Below are positions 34,201 to 45,100 of a DNA stretch of 64,000 nt, in pieces (position 1 is the stretch's first letter; each line of letters opens with the position of its first letter). Origin of the DNA: Antedon mediterranea. Taxonomy: Eukaryota; Animalia; Echinodermata. The stretch is from positions 5,286,422 to 5,350,421 of the forward strand of contig NC_092678.1 of the NCBI RefSeq assembly GCF_964355755.1. Reading direction: 5' to 3'. The position numbers and the translations under genes are program-made. The notes beneath the pieces were generated by a model, which saw only the letters and a program-made list of their open reading frames with translations, ran no database searches and was not told the origin of the DNA.

Positions 34201-36579
34201 CAGGGAAGAGTGAAACACTTGATTATTTTTACTCTTCCCTGGTTTGAGTTAGTCTGATTTCCTACAGTACATGTATTGGGTTTGGGCAGGGAAGAGTGAA
34301 ACACTTGATTATTTTTACTCTTCCCTGGTTTGAGTTAGTCTGATTTCCTACAGTACATGTATTGGGTTTGGGCAGGGAAGAGTGAAATACTTGATTATTT
34401 TTACTCTTCCCTGGTTTGAGTTAGTCTGATTTCCTACAGTACATGTATTGGGTTTGGGCAGGGAAGAGTGAAACACTTGATTATTTTTACTCTTCCCTGG
34501 TTTGAGTTAGTCTGATTTCCTACAGTACATGTATTGGGTTTGGGCAGGGAAGAGTGAAACACTTGATTATTTTTACTCTTGCCTGATTTGAGTTAGTCTG
34601 ATTTCCTACAGTACATGTATTGGGTTTGGGCAGGGAAGAGTGAAACACTTGATTATTTTTACTCTTCCCTGGTTTGATTAAGTCCTACCTGTAGTGGTAC
34701 ACAGCGATCAAGTAAGCCATATTCAGTCAATTTCTTCTGAATTGCATTAAGACGTTCAGGACACTCTAATTTTCCATGCTCACTAAAAAAACAGTACAAG
34801 ATACCTTTGAGACTATGTCATTTTCATCGAGTTTCTATGTTTCCTCTGAATAGAGGTTGCTGGCAGTATTAAATTGGTTCACATGAAAGTGTCACTAATA
34901 TTATTCGTGTTTCTAATGTTAAAAATGTAATTTTTGGGCTGGTGGTATTTAAATAGAGGAACACTTTCATCGTTTTAAAATCTTCTCAGTATTTAAGGTA
35001 ACCCTGTGTAACGCTGCTAAACGATTAACTACATAGTTTTTTTTTTAGGATTTAAAAAAGTTGTGATTAAATTGCAAAGAAAAATAATGAATACATTAAA
35101 AAAGTATCAGGAAGCACAAAACTAACGTCAGCATCTTAAATGTTTAATCAAAATTATTTATAGATTAATGTATGTGTATTCAAATAATTGTTTATAGTTA
35201 AAACAACAAATGCATAAATAAATAGAGTAGACTACGCAATACTAGCAATAAATCATCGTTTTATCAACATGCTTTCACAGATTCACCAAACATCAAAAAT
35301 TGTTCTCAAAGTTTAATTAAAAAAACAACAATTATTGCACCAAACAACTTAATCTCTTTAATATTAGCAGTTACTTAATACTCAGACCATGCAAACCTTA
35401 ATCATCTTATTTTTAAAGCTTTATTTATAAATTTTAAATCTTTAAAATTGATGAAAAGAAACTATAGATTGATTTACAAAGGATTAGTGAAGAATGATGA
35501 AAAATCACATTTAAACTGAAAAAAAAAATATGTTTTTCTTCTATTTTAGCATGGATAGTTTAACTGGTATATTCTTTGTATGTTACTGTATATTACAGTA
35601 CTGTACAGTACTGTAGATTAAATTAATTGATTCTTTGAAAAGCAGTAACAGCATTAAAACAACCAGAGAATTTTATATAAAAAAAAGATTAGAAAACAAA
35701 ATTAAAGTTTATATAATTATTACAGAAAAAACCTACCTTCCAAAAGGGCATTTATGGAGGAGAAACATCTCATCATTGACAATACCAGTGCTGAACAAAT
35801 ATAAAAAATAAATAAATAAAAAAGTTTTCATTTTTTTTTTATAATTATTAATTTATTGGTTACAATTTTATTTTCAGGTTATTTATTTCTATTTTGTGTA
35901 AGACTACCATTATTATTATTATTATTATTTAACAATAACATAAAATATCTATAATCTAAAATTGAACCAACTGTAGAGTACTGTATGCTTACCCTTTAGG
36001 AACACTATTTTCATTTTCTTTTACTTCCTGCTACAGTGAATAAAAAAGGGGAAATTGCAATTGTATTGAAATGTATCCAATTTATAAACAACAAAAGAGG
36101 TTATAATATTTTGAAAAAAGTTTTGTTCTAGAATTCGAGTTTACTAGTCAATCTCTGGCCTACTTCCTTTGGAATTTTATGTCCATAATGTTTTAAATAC
36201 AATTTTACTGATTAGTAATGTATGGTACATTAAACATAGTTAACGTACTTCCAAAATCAAACCTACATCAGCGTTGGTGCAAATTGGTATTTTAGGATAT
36301 TTTAGGTCGGTTTTGTGGAAGTTGCTTAAAGTTATATTGTTAATTCCTGGTGAAATTGTTTCTCTTTTTATTTTTGTAGGATTTGTATATGGATGTAAAA
36401 TCCAAAATAAAGAAAATGAATGAATTAATTAATAAAATAAATTTACTGCATGTATATGATTACATATTGTCTGTATAATATGAACTATAACAATTTAAGA
36501 AAAAGTATTACTATTTCAAACAGACCTTTTGATCACTTCTTTTTGTTGAAGAATCCGGTTTCTTTCGTTCACCCTCCAT
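16267..36579 (-). CDS. HDAC6: Class IIb histone deacetylase, HDAC6 architecture (CD1 + CD2 + ZnF-UBP); N-terminal exon tentative
   Basis: Phase-consistent exons: 36579-36526 (tentative), 36030-35993, 35790-35737, 34782-34689, 32019-31979, 31614-31509, 31331-31260, 30218-30193, 30089-29985, 29497-29429, 29088-28962, 27888-27823, 27592-27533, 27246-27157, 25554-25448, 24869-24802, 24116-23981, 23447-23400, 23128-23041, 22834-22794, 22464-22368, 21812-21741, 21549-21524, 21222-21118, 19854-19659, 19438-19373, 19074-19015, 18714-18625, 18416-18242, 18043-18016, 17644-17314, 17188-17042, 16832-16704, 16335-16267. There are two sets of RPPGHHA / DxDxHHGxG / GxDxxxGDP / LEGGY motifs, and a C-terminal ZnF-UBP (WCPHL...ENWVCLHC...CGRYV..HM...[18 protein letters not shown]...KFG). 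Confidence 0.95.
16465..16675 (-). mobile_element. tRNA-derived SINE in the last HDAC6 intron
   Basis: Minus-strand A-box TGGCTGAGCGG and B-box-like GGTTCGAGGC, with a central GTGCACTTTAAAGACCC segment. A second copy lies at 8.4 kb. Confidence 0.7.
18765..18897. mobile_element. MITE family A copy
   Basis: AGCTCTGTCTACACT...AGTGTAGACAGAGCT termini. Confidence 0.8.
20035..20858. repeat. Pyrimidine-rich low-complexity/(TTTC)n-derived repeat
   Basis: Recurrent TTTTTATCTTTCCTTCTTTC units; it produces spurious F/L/S-rich ORFs in all three plus frames. Confidence 0.95.
24190..24738. mobile_element. Element with ~52-bp inverted repeats and a hairpin+CTAG end, flanked by a 24-bp direct repeat
   Basis: Inverted repeats at 24190-24241 and 24640-24691; end GCGAGCGAAGCGAGCGTACCATCTAG. 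TTTAGACAACTTT(C/A)AATATTTGTT occurs at 24168 and 24739. Related pieces at ~17760-17890, ~25711-25760 and ~31030-31080. Confidence 0.65.
28064..28220. mobile_element. MITE family A copy
   Basis: Same TIR and internal TATCACTACCATATTTGGGCA repeat; TAA TSD. Confidence 0.8.
28298..29024. repeat. 73-bp tandem repeat (10 copies) made of an HDAC6 exon 3' end plus its splice donor
   Basis: The minus-strand unit encodes [20 protein letters not shown]|GTTAGTAAG. ACTAACCTCA recurs at 28301, 28374, 28447, 28518, 28591, 28664, 28737, 28810, 28883 and 28956. Confidence 0.95.
29798..29837 (-). ncRNA. Minimal type I hammerhead ribozyme (Penelope-like remnant)
   Basis: Minus strand reads CTC-CTGAGGA-C-GATCAA agtata TTGATC-GAAA-CGTC-GAG: the core with one extra nucleotide, a 6-bp stem II, palindromic ACGT stem III and a GUC cleavage triplet. 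Confidence 0.6.
32995..34682. repeat. 86-bp minisatellite (~20 copies) with internal inverted repeat
   Basis: GAAGAGTGAA recurs at 33001, 33087, 33173 and onward. Each unit has CAGGGAAGAGTGAAA...TTTTACTCTT(C/G)CCTG. Confidence 0.95.
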
Positions 36580-37738
36580 TTTGTTTAAATCACCAAGCCT
36601 GTAGCCAGGATTTTTACAAAGGGGTTCGTTTTTTCTACAAAATGAGCAAACATTGTCATGAGCAAGGCCTATTTTATCATCTGCATCTTCATCTGCTAAT
36701 TAGGTATACTGTAGTTTAAAAACGGCACTACAGGTAATTTAAAAGGCCTCTCAAATCAAACCCTACTTTAGTTTGTGAACTTTATTCAAATCATAATGTT
36801 TTAGTAATACTAAATAATGTGTAGAATAGTGAATTTTATAAAAAAAAATTAAAAATAAAATATATACAATGATTATTTGCAGTGATTATTTACAGTAATG
36901 ATATAAATAAAACTAGATTTAATTCGTCACTATGGCGAATTATAGGTTACTGTATATGCATTGATTTAAATAAAGATAATTGATTTTTAAAAGATATATT
37001 GATTGATTTCCTCAGAATCTTTAATTAATTTTTGATTGCACACCGTGAAAACATAATCTGGCCATAAGGAATATACTATGAAAAATTGACTTAGCTAGAT
37101 GAAACTGATATCAAGATAATTGACGGACAAAAAGTGCTAAGGAAATAAATAAATAAATAAAGATCCTGACAGAATCATTATATGCAGAGAATAGTGGACC
37201 AACAGTAACATGTTGTGGAGTTGCTTTAATGGTATTGGATGCTTCCCTATCCATTGATTCATACATAATTTTTACATTTAACCTCTATGAATTATACATT
37301 CATATTTCGAAATAGAATGACATTTAAGAGTCAGCTTCATCATGCAAGAATATCAACAATTAATTCAACATACTAGCAACATATTAATATTTCTAGTAAA
37401 TTTATTTATAAAAATACCGGTACTAGACCTACTACTGTAGTACAGGGTACTTACTAACTACCAACAAAAAGGCAAAATATTTAGGGCCTAGGCCTAATAA
37501 TAATAGAGAATATTATATATATATATATATTATATAAAGTAGATTAATTAATTAGGGCCATTAGGCTATTATAAAAAGGCAAAATATGTAGGCCTAGCCC
37601 TAATAATAGAGAATATTATATATGTATATATATATTCAGGTTGAAATTTTCAGACCGTTTGGATAGAGTGCTCAATACCAAGGTAGAGCATAAATAAATA
37701 AAATAACAGCAGAAAACTTGGTTACTTCATTGTTTTAA

Positions 37739-37794
37739 TCACTACAAATTTGTTTCGTACGACCAGCATGTAGCTGGCCGCACTCTTCAGGTGA
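37739..37794 (-). ncRNA. Type I hammerhead ribozyme, minus-strand copy
   Basis: Reverse complement of 37996-38051. Confidence 0.8.
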
Positions 37795-37995
37795 AATATA
37801 AAACATAAGTGACACAGTTGTCTGTTTGTCTCATAGTGCTTAATAGAAGTGAGTCATCAGGAAGTCGTATACAATATTTGTTTTTCTAATTTGCATATTT
37901 TTTTTTTCTAAAACAATAGGCTATTGTATACGACTTCCTGATGACTCACTTCTATTAGGCACTATGAGACAACTGTGTCACTTATGTTTTATATT

Positions 37996-38051
37996 TCACC
38001 TGAAGAGTGCGGCCAGCTACATGCTGGTCGTACGAAACAAATTTGTAGTGA
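37996..38051 (+). ncRNA. Type I hammerhead ribozyme, plus-strand copy
   Basis: TCAC-CTGAAGA-GTGCGGCCAGC tacat GCTGGTCGTAC-GAA-ACAAATTTGT-A-GTGA: intact core, 11-bp stem II, palindromic stem III, GUA cleavage site and 4-bp stem I. Confidence 0.8.
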
Positions 38052-38445
38052 TTAAAACAATGAAGTAACCAAGTTTTCTGCTGTTATTTTATTTATGTAT
38101 ATATATATATATATATTATATAAAGTAGATTAGGCTATTATATTAGCATAATAGTAAACCTAGGCCTAGAACTACAGAGACTAGACACACCAACAGGTCG
38201 ACTTCCCGGTCCACATTCCTTCAGTCAGTCATTCCTAGCAGAGAGACTACTGCTAGCCTCCTAGCTAGTTAGGCTACTCTAGCCTATAGGCCTAGGCCTA
38301 GCTAGGCCTACTAACCAGCTAGCTAGGCCTAGCCTCTAGTTAGTAGGCCTAGGCTTAAACTAATAACATTTAGCCTATTTTATTGCAAAATACACATAGT
38401 TTTTAATAATATTATGGGTCTAGATAATAACATAACAATACTTAC

Positions 38446-38570
38446 TTCCACAATGTGTGTAGGACCCTAGGGCGAGAGAGACGTGCAGCGCAGCTCAGAT
38501 GCGTTGTTATTGATTGGTTGTATTCTTTCGATAATCGATAAACAATCGAAAAATAGCGCCGCCTATTGAT
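38446..38570 (-). promoter_or_regulatory. Probable HDAC6 non-coding first exon and promoter
   Basis: Strong donor GAA|GTAAGT at 38446/38445, followed by a locally GC/CpG-richer segment. TAGGCCTA-rich DNA lies just inside the intron. Inferred; no transcript data. Confidence 0.45.
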
Positions 38571-40249
38571 TTAAGATTGACAAAAAACAACTAAAAAATG
38601 TTTTCTAATTTGCATATTTTTTTTTCTTTTTTTATTTATCTATTTATTTTTTTGGAAAGTTATTTATAGTTTAATTACTATATTTCAATTTAAAAACTGA
38701 ATAATTAATTCTTTTATGAAAATGAAGGTCCAATTATGCTGTCTTTCCTTTTGCGGATCAGTAGGCCTATCCTCATCTGATAGATGGATAGATAAACAAA
38801 TGAATATAGAAAATAGTAAACGAATGGATAATATAAAACCGATTGGTGGATGAATAGATAGATGAACAGCAAGTACATTCAAAGTCAGCTCTATCGCCTA
38901 GATACTTTAATACATAAATGAATGAATGAACAGTGTTAGGATGGCAAACAAACACATACTGCATGTTATAAAGGTAGGCATAGGTGGAAACTGGATAGTC
39001 TGTTCAGTAAGGCAGAATGAAATTATCAGGTAAACTGCATTTATTACTACCAACATCATTTGCGTCAGTAAAATCATCTTTAATTTATTGAACTTGAGTA
39101 TAATTGCACTATTGTTTCCTATTAATGGTGGTAATGGCGTTTATTAGTAATTGTAGCGTCTTCATTTGATTATAATTCGATTGGGGACTTATAATTAGGG
39201 GTGTATCGTCATAATTATCTTTCAATGTAGGCGATTATCTGCAGCGTCATTTGGTGTATCTACTGAAACAATCATTTGATGAGTTAGTCAATTCTCCCGA
39301 CGTCACCACCTCGTAATGGTTTATCATGTTCTAAAGTAAGCATAATCAGCTTTAACAAACACAAATAATGTCGCTACATTTATACGTTGGTACTTAATAA
39401 TAATTATAAACACCCAAACGTCCGTACTCACACAGCTCAAAAGCCTGGTATTAATAATTATTAAGAATACACTCGATTGATCTTTGTGTTACTGGCTGAT
39501 AACACGTCATTACATAATTACTTAGTAATTCTATACATTATAGGCCTAGTTATTAATAATTTACGACCGTCATTTTTTTTAACAGAATATCACGCTGATG
39601 GTTTTGTAATAAAGTATTACAGGTTTCATTATTTATATTCATATTTATTAAGTTATTAAACAGTATGTTTCTATTCAGGATATGAGACGAGTTAATGATA
39701 AATGATATCACAGTGTAAAGGCTCATTTAAACTAGGATGGTAACTGTCGACGATAAATAAATGAACGTACATTTTTCTTATATAAATCAAAAGAAATTAG
39801 GAAAGTTTTTTATCCTAGACTATTATAGGATAGCCATTTATGTCAACCAATTTAATTCAATCAAATGAAAAAAAAATTTACATTTAAATGATTATTGTTC
39901 TTTACTAATCATGACGTCATTTGATTGGACTTTTAAATATATTATTTTCATCAAAGGCAGCAGAAATGGTTATCATAATAGTAGTTCTCCTAATATGAAA
40001 ACTTGTCAAATTTCTTCTGTTTAATTAGCAAACAAACAAAAAAACATATTTATCTAGTTATCGTCGAACGTTATCACCCTAGTAGAAACTGTTATCATTT
40101 CAGGTTTTGCGTTAATACGGAGGCAGGTTACGTAATTAGGTTACGTAATTATTATTCAATTTTTACATAAATCTATATTCTATACGCAAGACCAAAATGC
40201 ATTGCGAAGAATGTAATATTGGTTTAGTTACGTCTGAATTTCGACCTTA

Positions 40250-40644
40250 AGGCCCATTCACACTAGGACGATAACGATCGACGATAAATATATAAGCATG
40301 CATTTTTTTAATATAAAACAAAAGAAATTAGAAAGGGTTTCGTTCTAGGACTATAGGATAATCATGTATGCTGTATTTGATAAAAATAATATTTTTGAAA
40401 ATTCAATCAAATGACGTCATGATCAATAAAACAATAAAATCGTTGTATTGTAACGATATTATTGCTCTTACTAATCATGACGTCATTTGATTGGACGTGT
40501 GGAAATATTATTTTCATTAAAGGCAGCATAGATGGTTATTCTATAGTTCTAGAATGAAAAGGTTTTATATTTCTTTTATTTTATGTATGAAAAATGCAAA
40601 TTATTGTCATCGTCGATCGTTATCGTCCTAGTGTGAATGGGCCT
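40250..40644. mobile_element. MITE family C (PIF/Harbinger-like); degraded copy at ~39718-40090
   Basis: Long TIR AGGCCCATTCACACTAGGACGATAACGATCGACGAT, with TTA TSD on both sides. Confidence 0.85.
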
Positions 40645-40677
40645 TTACTCACTCTTATTTTGCACTAAAAAAAGATC

Positions 40678-41050
40678 ATTGACGTAAATAGGAATAAAAC
40701 AAAGTTAAGTTTTAGAGTATTGTATAAACAGGCAATGTTAATATTGTCCTGGAAAAACAGTATGAAAAGGTAATTGATGTTCGTTTAGTTACAATTAAAA
40801 ACAGTAAAACACAAAATGATGTCACTGATTTCCTGTAGTCTGTGTTCGTACGTATATTAAACTTATTGACGTAAATGGAAATAAAACAAAGTTAAGTTTT
40901 AGAGTATTGTATAAACAGGCAATGTTAATATTGTCCTGGAAAAACAGTATGAAAAGGTAATTGATGTTCGTTTAGTTACAATTAAAAACAGTAAAACACA
41001 AAATGTCACTGATTTCCTGTAGTCTGTTTTCGTACGTATATTAAACTTAT
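40678..41050. repeat. Two-copy tandem duplication, ~187-bp unit
   Basis: ATTGACGTAAAT...CGTACGTATATTAAACTTATT is repeated. Confidence 0.9.
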
Positions 41051-42191
41051 TCAATATAAGCTTGATTAAACTAAACAGAATCTTGTATGTACATTCCTTT
41101 GATGATGATAAGTGTATTACTACACACGGTGCTTTGTATCTTGTTCCTTGGCATGTTCAGTTTTTATCGATTTTAAAAGGCCTTCGCGGGTAGCACCTAC
41201 GCCTACCCGACAACAGAGAATGAAAACGATACGCTACAATTAAACGGGTTTTGTAGGCTTGCACATTCGCATTATTAGACGTATCAGAATGTTACTCAGA
41301 AAAAAAAGTCATTTGAGGTGTTATGGTCGATCAAGTCAACGTACTATATGTCCCCAGTCTATATCTATAAATGTTTACATTTCGCTCCATTCAACAAACT
41401 TTTTCAAGATGTCAAAAGCGAACTTTATTCATTTACGGGCATGCTAAAATGTTTCTGAGCATGCATAGAATAATAATAGTGTCGCGTCGTCAAAACGAAT
41501 GGTCGAATTTGATGAGAGGTATGTTTAATAAAACGATTATGATAAACAAACAAATACACATTTTCAGTGACGTGGTAATACCACGGTTTATTTAAAATGC
41601 AAGAAATCTATATTTTTAAAAAAGTGTATAGTGGCAAACTATCTCTTAAAATCTCATATTTCTCTAAAACTTATGGCACACAAATGTGATACACAAACAT
41701 TGAGGCAATAGGAGGTATCTGGTAAAGATGAAACTAATTTGGATTAAAGAAGCGGGTTTATAGCTTTTTATAAAATTTAGAAGCAAGATTTTTATATACT
41801 AAAACTAATAGTATAAATCATGTTGTTGTTTTGCCTGGATCTTTCTTTACATCAAATGCCTATTTTATTTATAGCTTTCAGAAAAGAGGCAACTAATGTT
41901 TTATTAAGGTCCATATATTAATAATTTAACTTGCTTATTGTCCTCCATATTGACATTCATCATTCACAATTAATCTTTCTTGACAGTAGTGCATAGGCTT
42001 TGTGTTGGTTTTAAAGCATTTAAAGAAAAAAGTAACATTCCAATCGCCTTAATTCAGAATTAACCGTTTCCTGTTTTACTGTCTGCTCACTAAAAACCCA
42101 GACTGCAGTGAAAAGACCAGTTTGATTCTCAGCTGGTGAGTAGGCCTAGGCACTTGGTCGGCACGTACAAGTCATCAAACATCTTCACGAG

Positions 42192-45100
42192 TTAACCTTC
42201 AATTTGCTCTTTTATCTCTAAATCCACAATTAGCTGAAATGAGAATATTAAAATCATAAAATATATCATATAAATCATACTTTTCATGCCCATATGTAAT
42301 GGCGGATTATGTGCCTTTGATTTCATTTTCCAGTGGATTTGCTACTTGAATTTCGGATTACAGTCAATTACATATTGTTTGTTTTCATCACATAATATTA
42401 TACCTCAAGTACAATTCTTTGAAGCTCTGGTCGAAGTTTATTAAAATGTTGAACTAACGCCGATTGAATTGAGGACGAGGCTGTCTCATCAATTTTTTCT
42501 TGGTTTTCCATCAATCCACTAATTTCGGATCCTGTCAAAATAAAAAGATAACATTCTTTCCTGTACATTGTTAATGTTCAAAAGGTTGAGGTTAAAAAAG
42601 GCTGTTAATTTAATCACAAAAGATAATCAATTAGACGCCGCACGTGTTTCTAATATTAAAAGTATGGCTGTCTGTTTTATCTCGTGTATTGGAAAAACAT
42701 GCATACTATTATAGACCAAAAGATTGAGAGAATGGGAGCAGAGAATCGGAAAAAGAAGACAAAAACGCAGGTAAAGGGACGACATCATATCAGAATAGAT
42801 CGGCATCCCAAAAGAGAAAGGCATGTTGGCGAGAGCTGGGGATGATGGAGCTCAGGTAAGGTAGGGTAAAAATGCCACATGCACTAGCGCAGAACTGCAT
42901 TGACGAATTGCATATTTTTCATAAGATTGCTTGTTTTTTAAATGTATGCAGTGATGCATTATATCATTGTGGTCTTGTATAGGAATATATTTCAGATCTG
43001 TTTATCCGAGGAAATGAAGAACATTGTCCAAAATCATCTCTTGAGTTGCCGTGTTCCTCAATAATGATGATGATGAATGATGAGATGATATTACTGATGT
43101 GAATGAGAAGGAAAGAAAAAGGAGGATGACGCCGAATATGACGATTATGTAATGTTGATTCGGCGGTGGTCATGTAATGTTCCTAGATACGGTAGCCATA
43201 GGCAACCAAGTAAGTTATAAACCTACTCCGCATTTAAAATGAAATAAGAGATTGCGTGATTCGAACAGTGCTGTCATTTACATCAAGAGAGAATTATGTA
43301 CCTAGTTTAGCGATCTTAGTAGTACAGTACTATTCAATCATATAATCATAGAGGGATTGAGATAATTACTTTATCTTATCTACCATCATTAGAAGATTAT
43401 CTTATATGGTAGTAATAACCCTTTATAATCGAAAACGATTCTATCTATATTTTAACTGACATAACATTTGGAAAACAATACTTCAACTTTGACAGCTTGA
43501 AAAGACATGATACAGCGATCAAGTGAATCAATTAGTTTAGTTGCTATTGCGATATATTCACTGGCATGTTATCCGAAACACAAACGACCAGGCCTAGGTG
43601 TAATTTAAATGAAAATGTTGGAGCCGAATTATGATACAGCATCACAAATGCGCACATTCAATCACTAATGACAAGGTACAATTATTATTTAAGGACGTAC
43701 AATTCAGAATGTAATAATATAGGCCTATATGCCTTGCAATTGTTTCCCTCTATTTGATTAGTACAGTTTATACCTTAAATATGTTTCTTGTTATTTTTCT
43801 TTCAATAACAGAATATAATCCACGTGGCAGTAAGTAATTTTCTACTGACGTCATACAGAACGTCAATCATTGTCCATAACTCAATAAGATGTATTTCAAC
43901 AATTTATTTATAGATTAATATGCTTTCAGATATAGACAGATCATTGTAAAGTTAAGTTGAAAGACTCAGAATTTCTAATGATTACGTAGACCTACTATAA
44001 GCTCGATTTCATGAAATGTTTGTGCCCTTAAGGATCACACTGGTTCTGTGTGATGGATGGTTTGAAAGTTAACAGAATATTTTATTCTGTTTTTTAATGC
44101 AGAGAGTTTTTAGCTTGTGGCTTTCTATAATTAGTTGGGAATTGTTCAGAAAGTATAAACAAACATAGTAAATAATATTTCAACCAAGTTTTCATTACAA
44201 ACCATATTTTAGTTCGTATATGAACACCACACCTCCTATAACACTATAACAAATCTATCCGGAATTGATAAAAACACACAAGAACCCCGAAAACATTCCA
44301 TTAGTAAACAAGTCACAATGACAACTTTCGCTGCCAAAACTGTCGCTTATAAGGGAATCATGGTTCATAAGAATAGGCTGGGGGCATTGTATCGGGTAGC
44401 GCTGCTGTGGAACCTACACAAGTAATTACCAAGTCTAAATTAAGATTCTTTGAGCTTTTAGAAAATGATTTATGTACATAAAAAAGATTTGTTACATACA
44501 CAATATACATACAGAAATTGTATGTGAAATGAATATTTTTTTTAAATAGTATTAAATTGGTTGTACTTATACTTAAAGATGTATTTTCCTCCTTAAAAAT
44601 AATTGTTATAATTTTGTTGGTTCAATATGTCATTTTAATGTCACATAATAGTTATCTAAATTGACCAAAAATTTAATCTAAACAACATTTATTTACCTGA
44701 AAAAACTGTCAAATTGGCTGCCAGCCAATAGATTTTTAGTTTTTTCAAGTTTCAATTAGTAGAATTTAACCATTTATTATGTTAAGTAAAAACTTTTTTT
44801 TTTCTACAGAAGTGATTGACTTTATTAAACTATACAAAATAATCTATATTCAAAGCATGATTTAATTAATCTTTATTTTCATGTTTTTGGGGGACAATAC
44901 ATCTTTAAACAGAATTAAAAGAGTAATTTAAATTTTATTCATAGACGAAATTTGACGAACTCATAAATATAAACTAGAAAGAATTAATTGTGTGTGTGTT
45001 AATTTTAATCCATACATCGTGTTTTCCGAGAATACCACTTGTTTTTCAAATTCCCACATCAGTTACATAAAAATGGCACCGCGTATCTAAAACGGTCATA

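Larger units (their letters stand above)
37696..38096. mobile_element. Inverted duplication of a Penelope-like pLTR/retrozyme fragment
   Basis: Arms of ~175-180 bp (37696-37876 and 37922-38096) are near-perfect reverse complements. Each carries a hammerhead, and the element is embedded in (TA)n. Confidence 0.75.
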
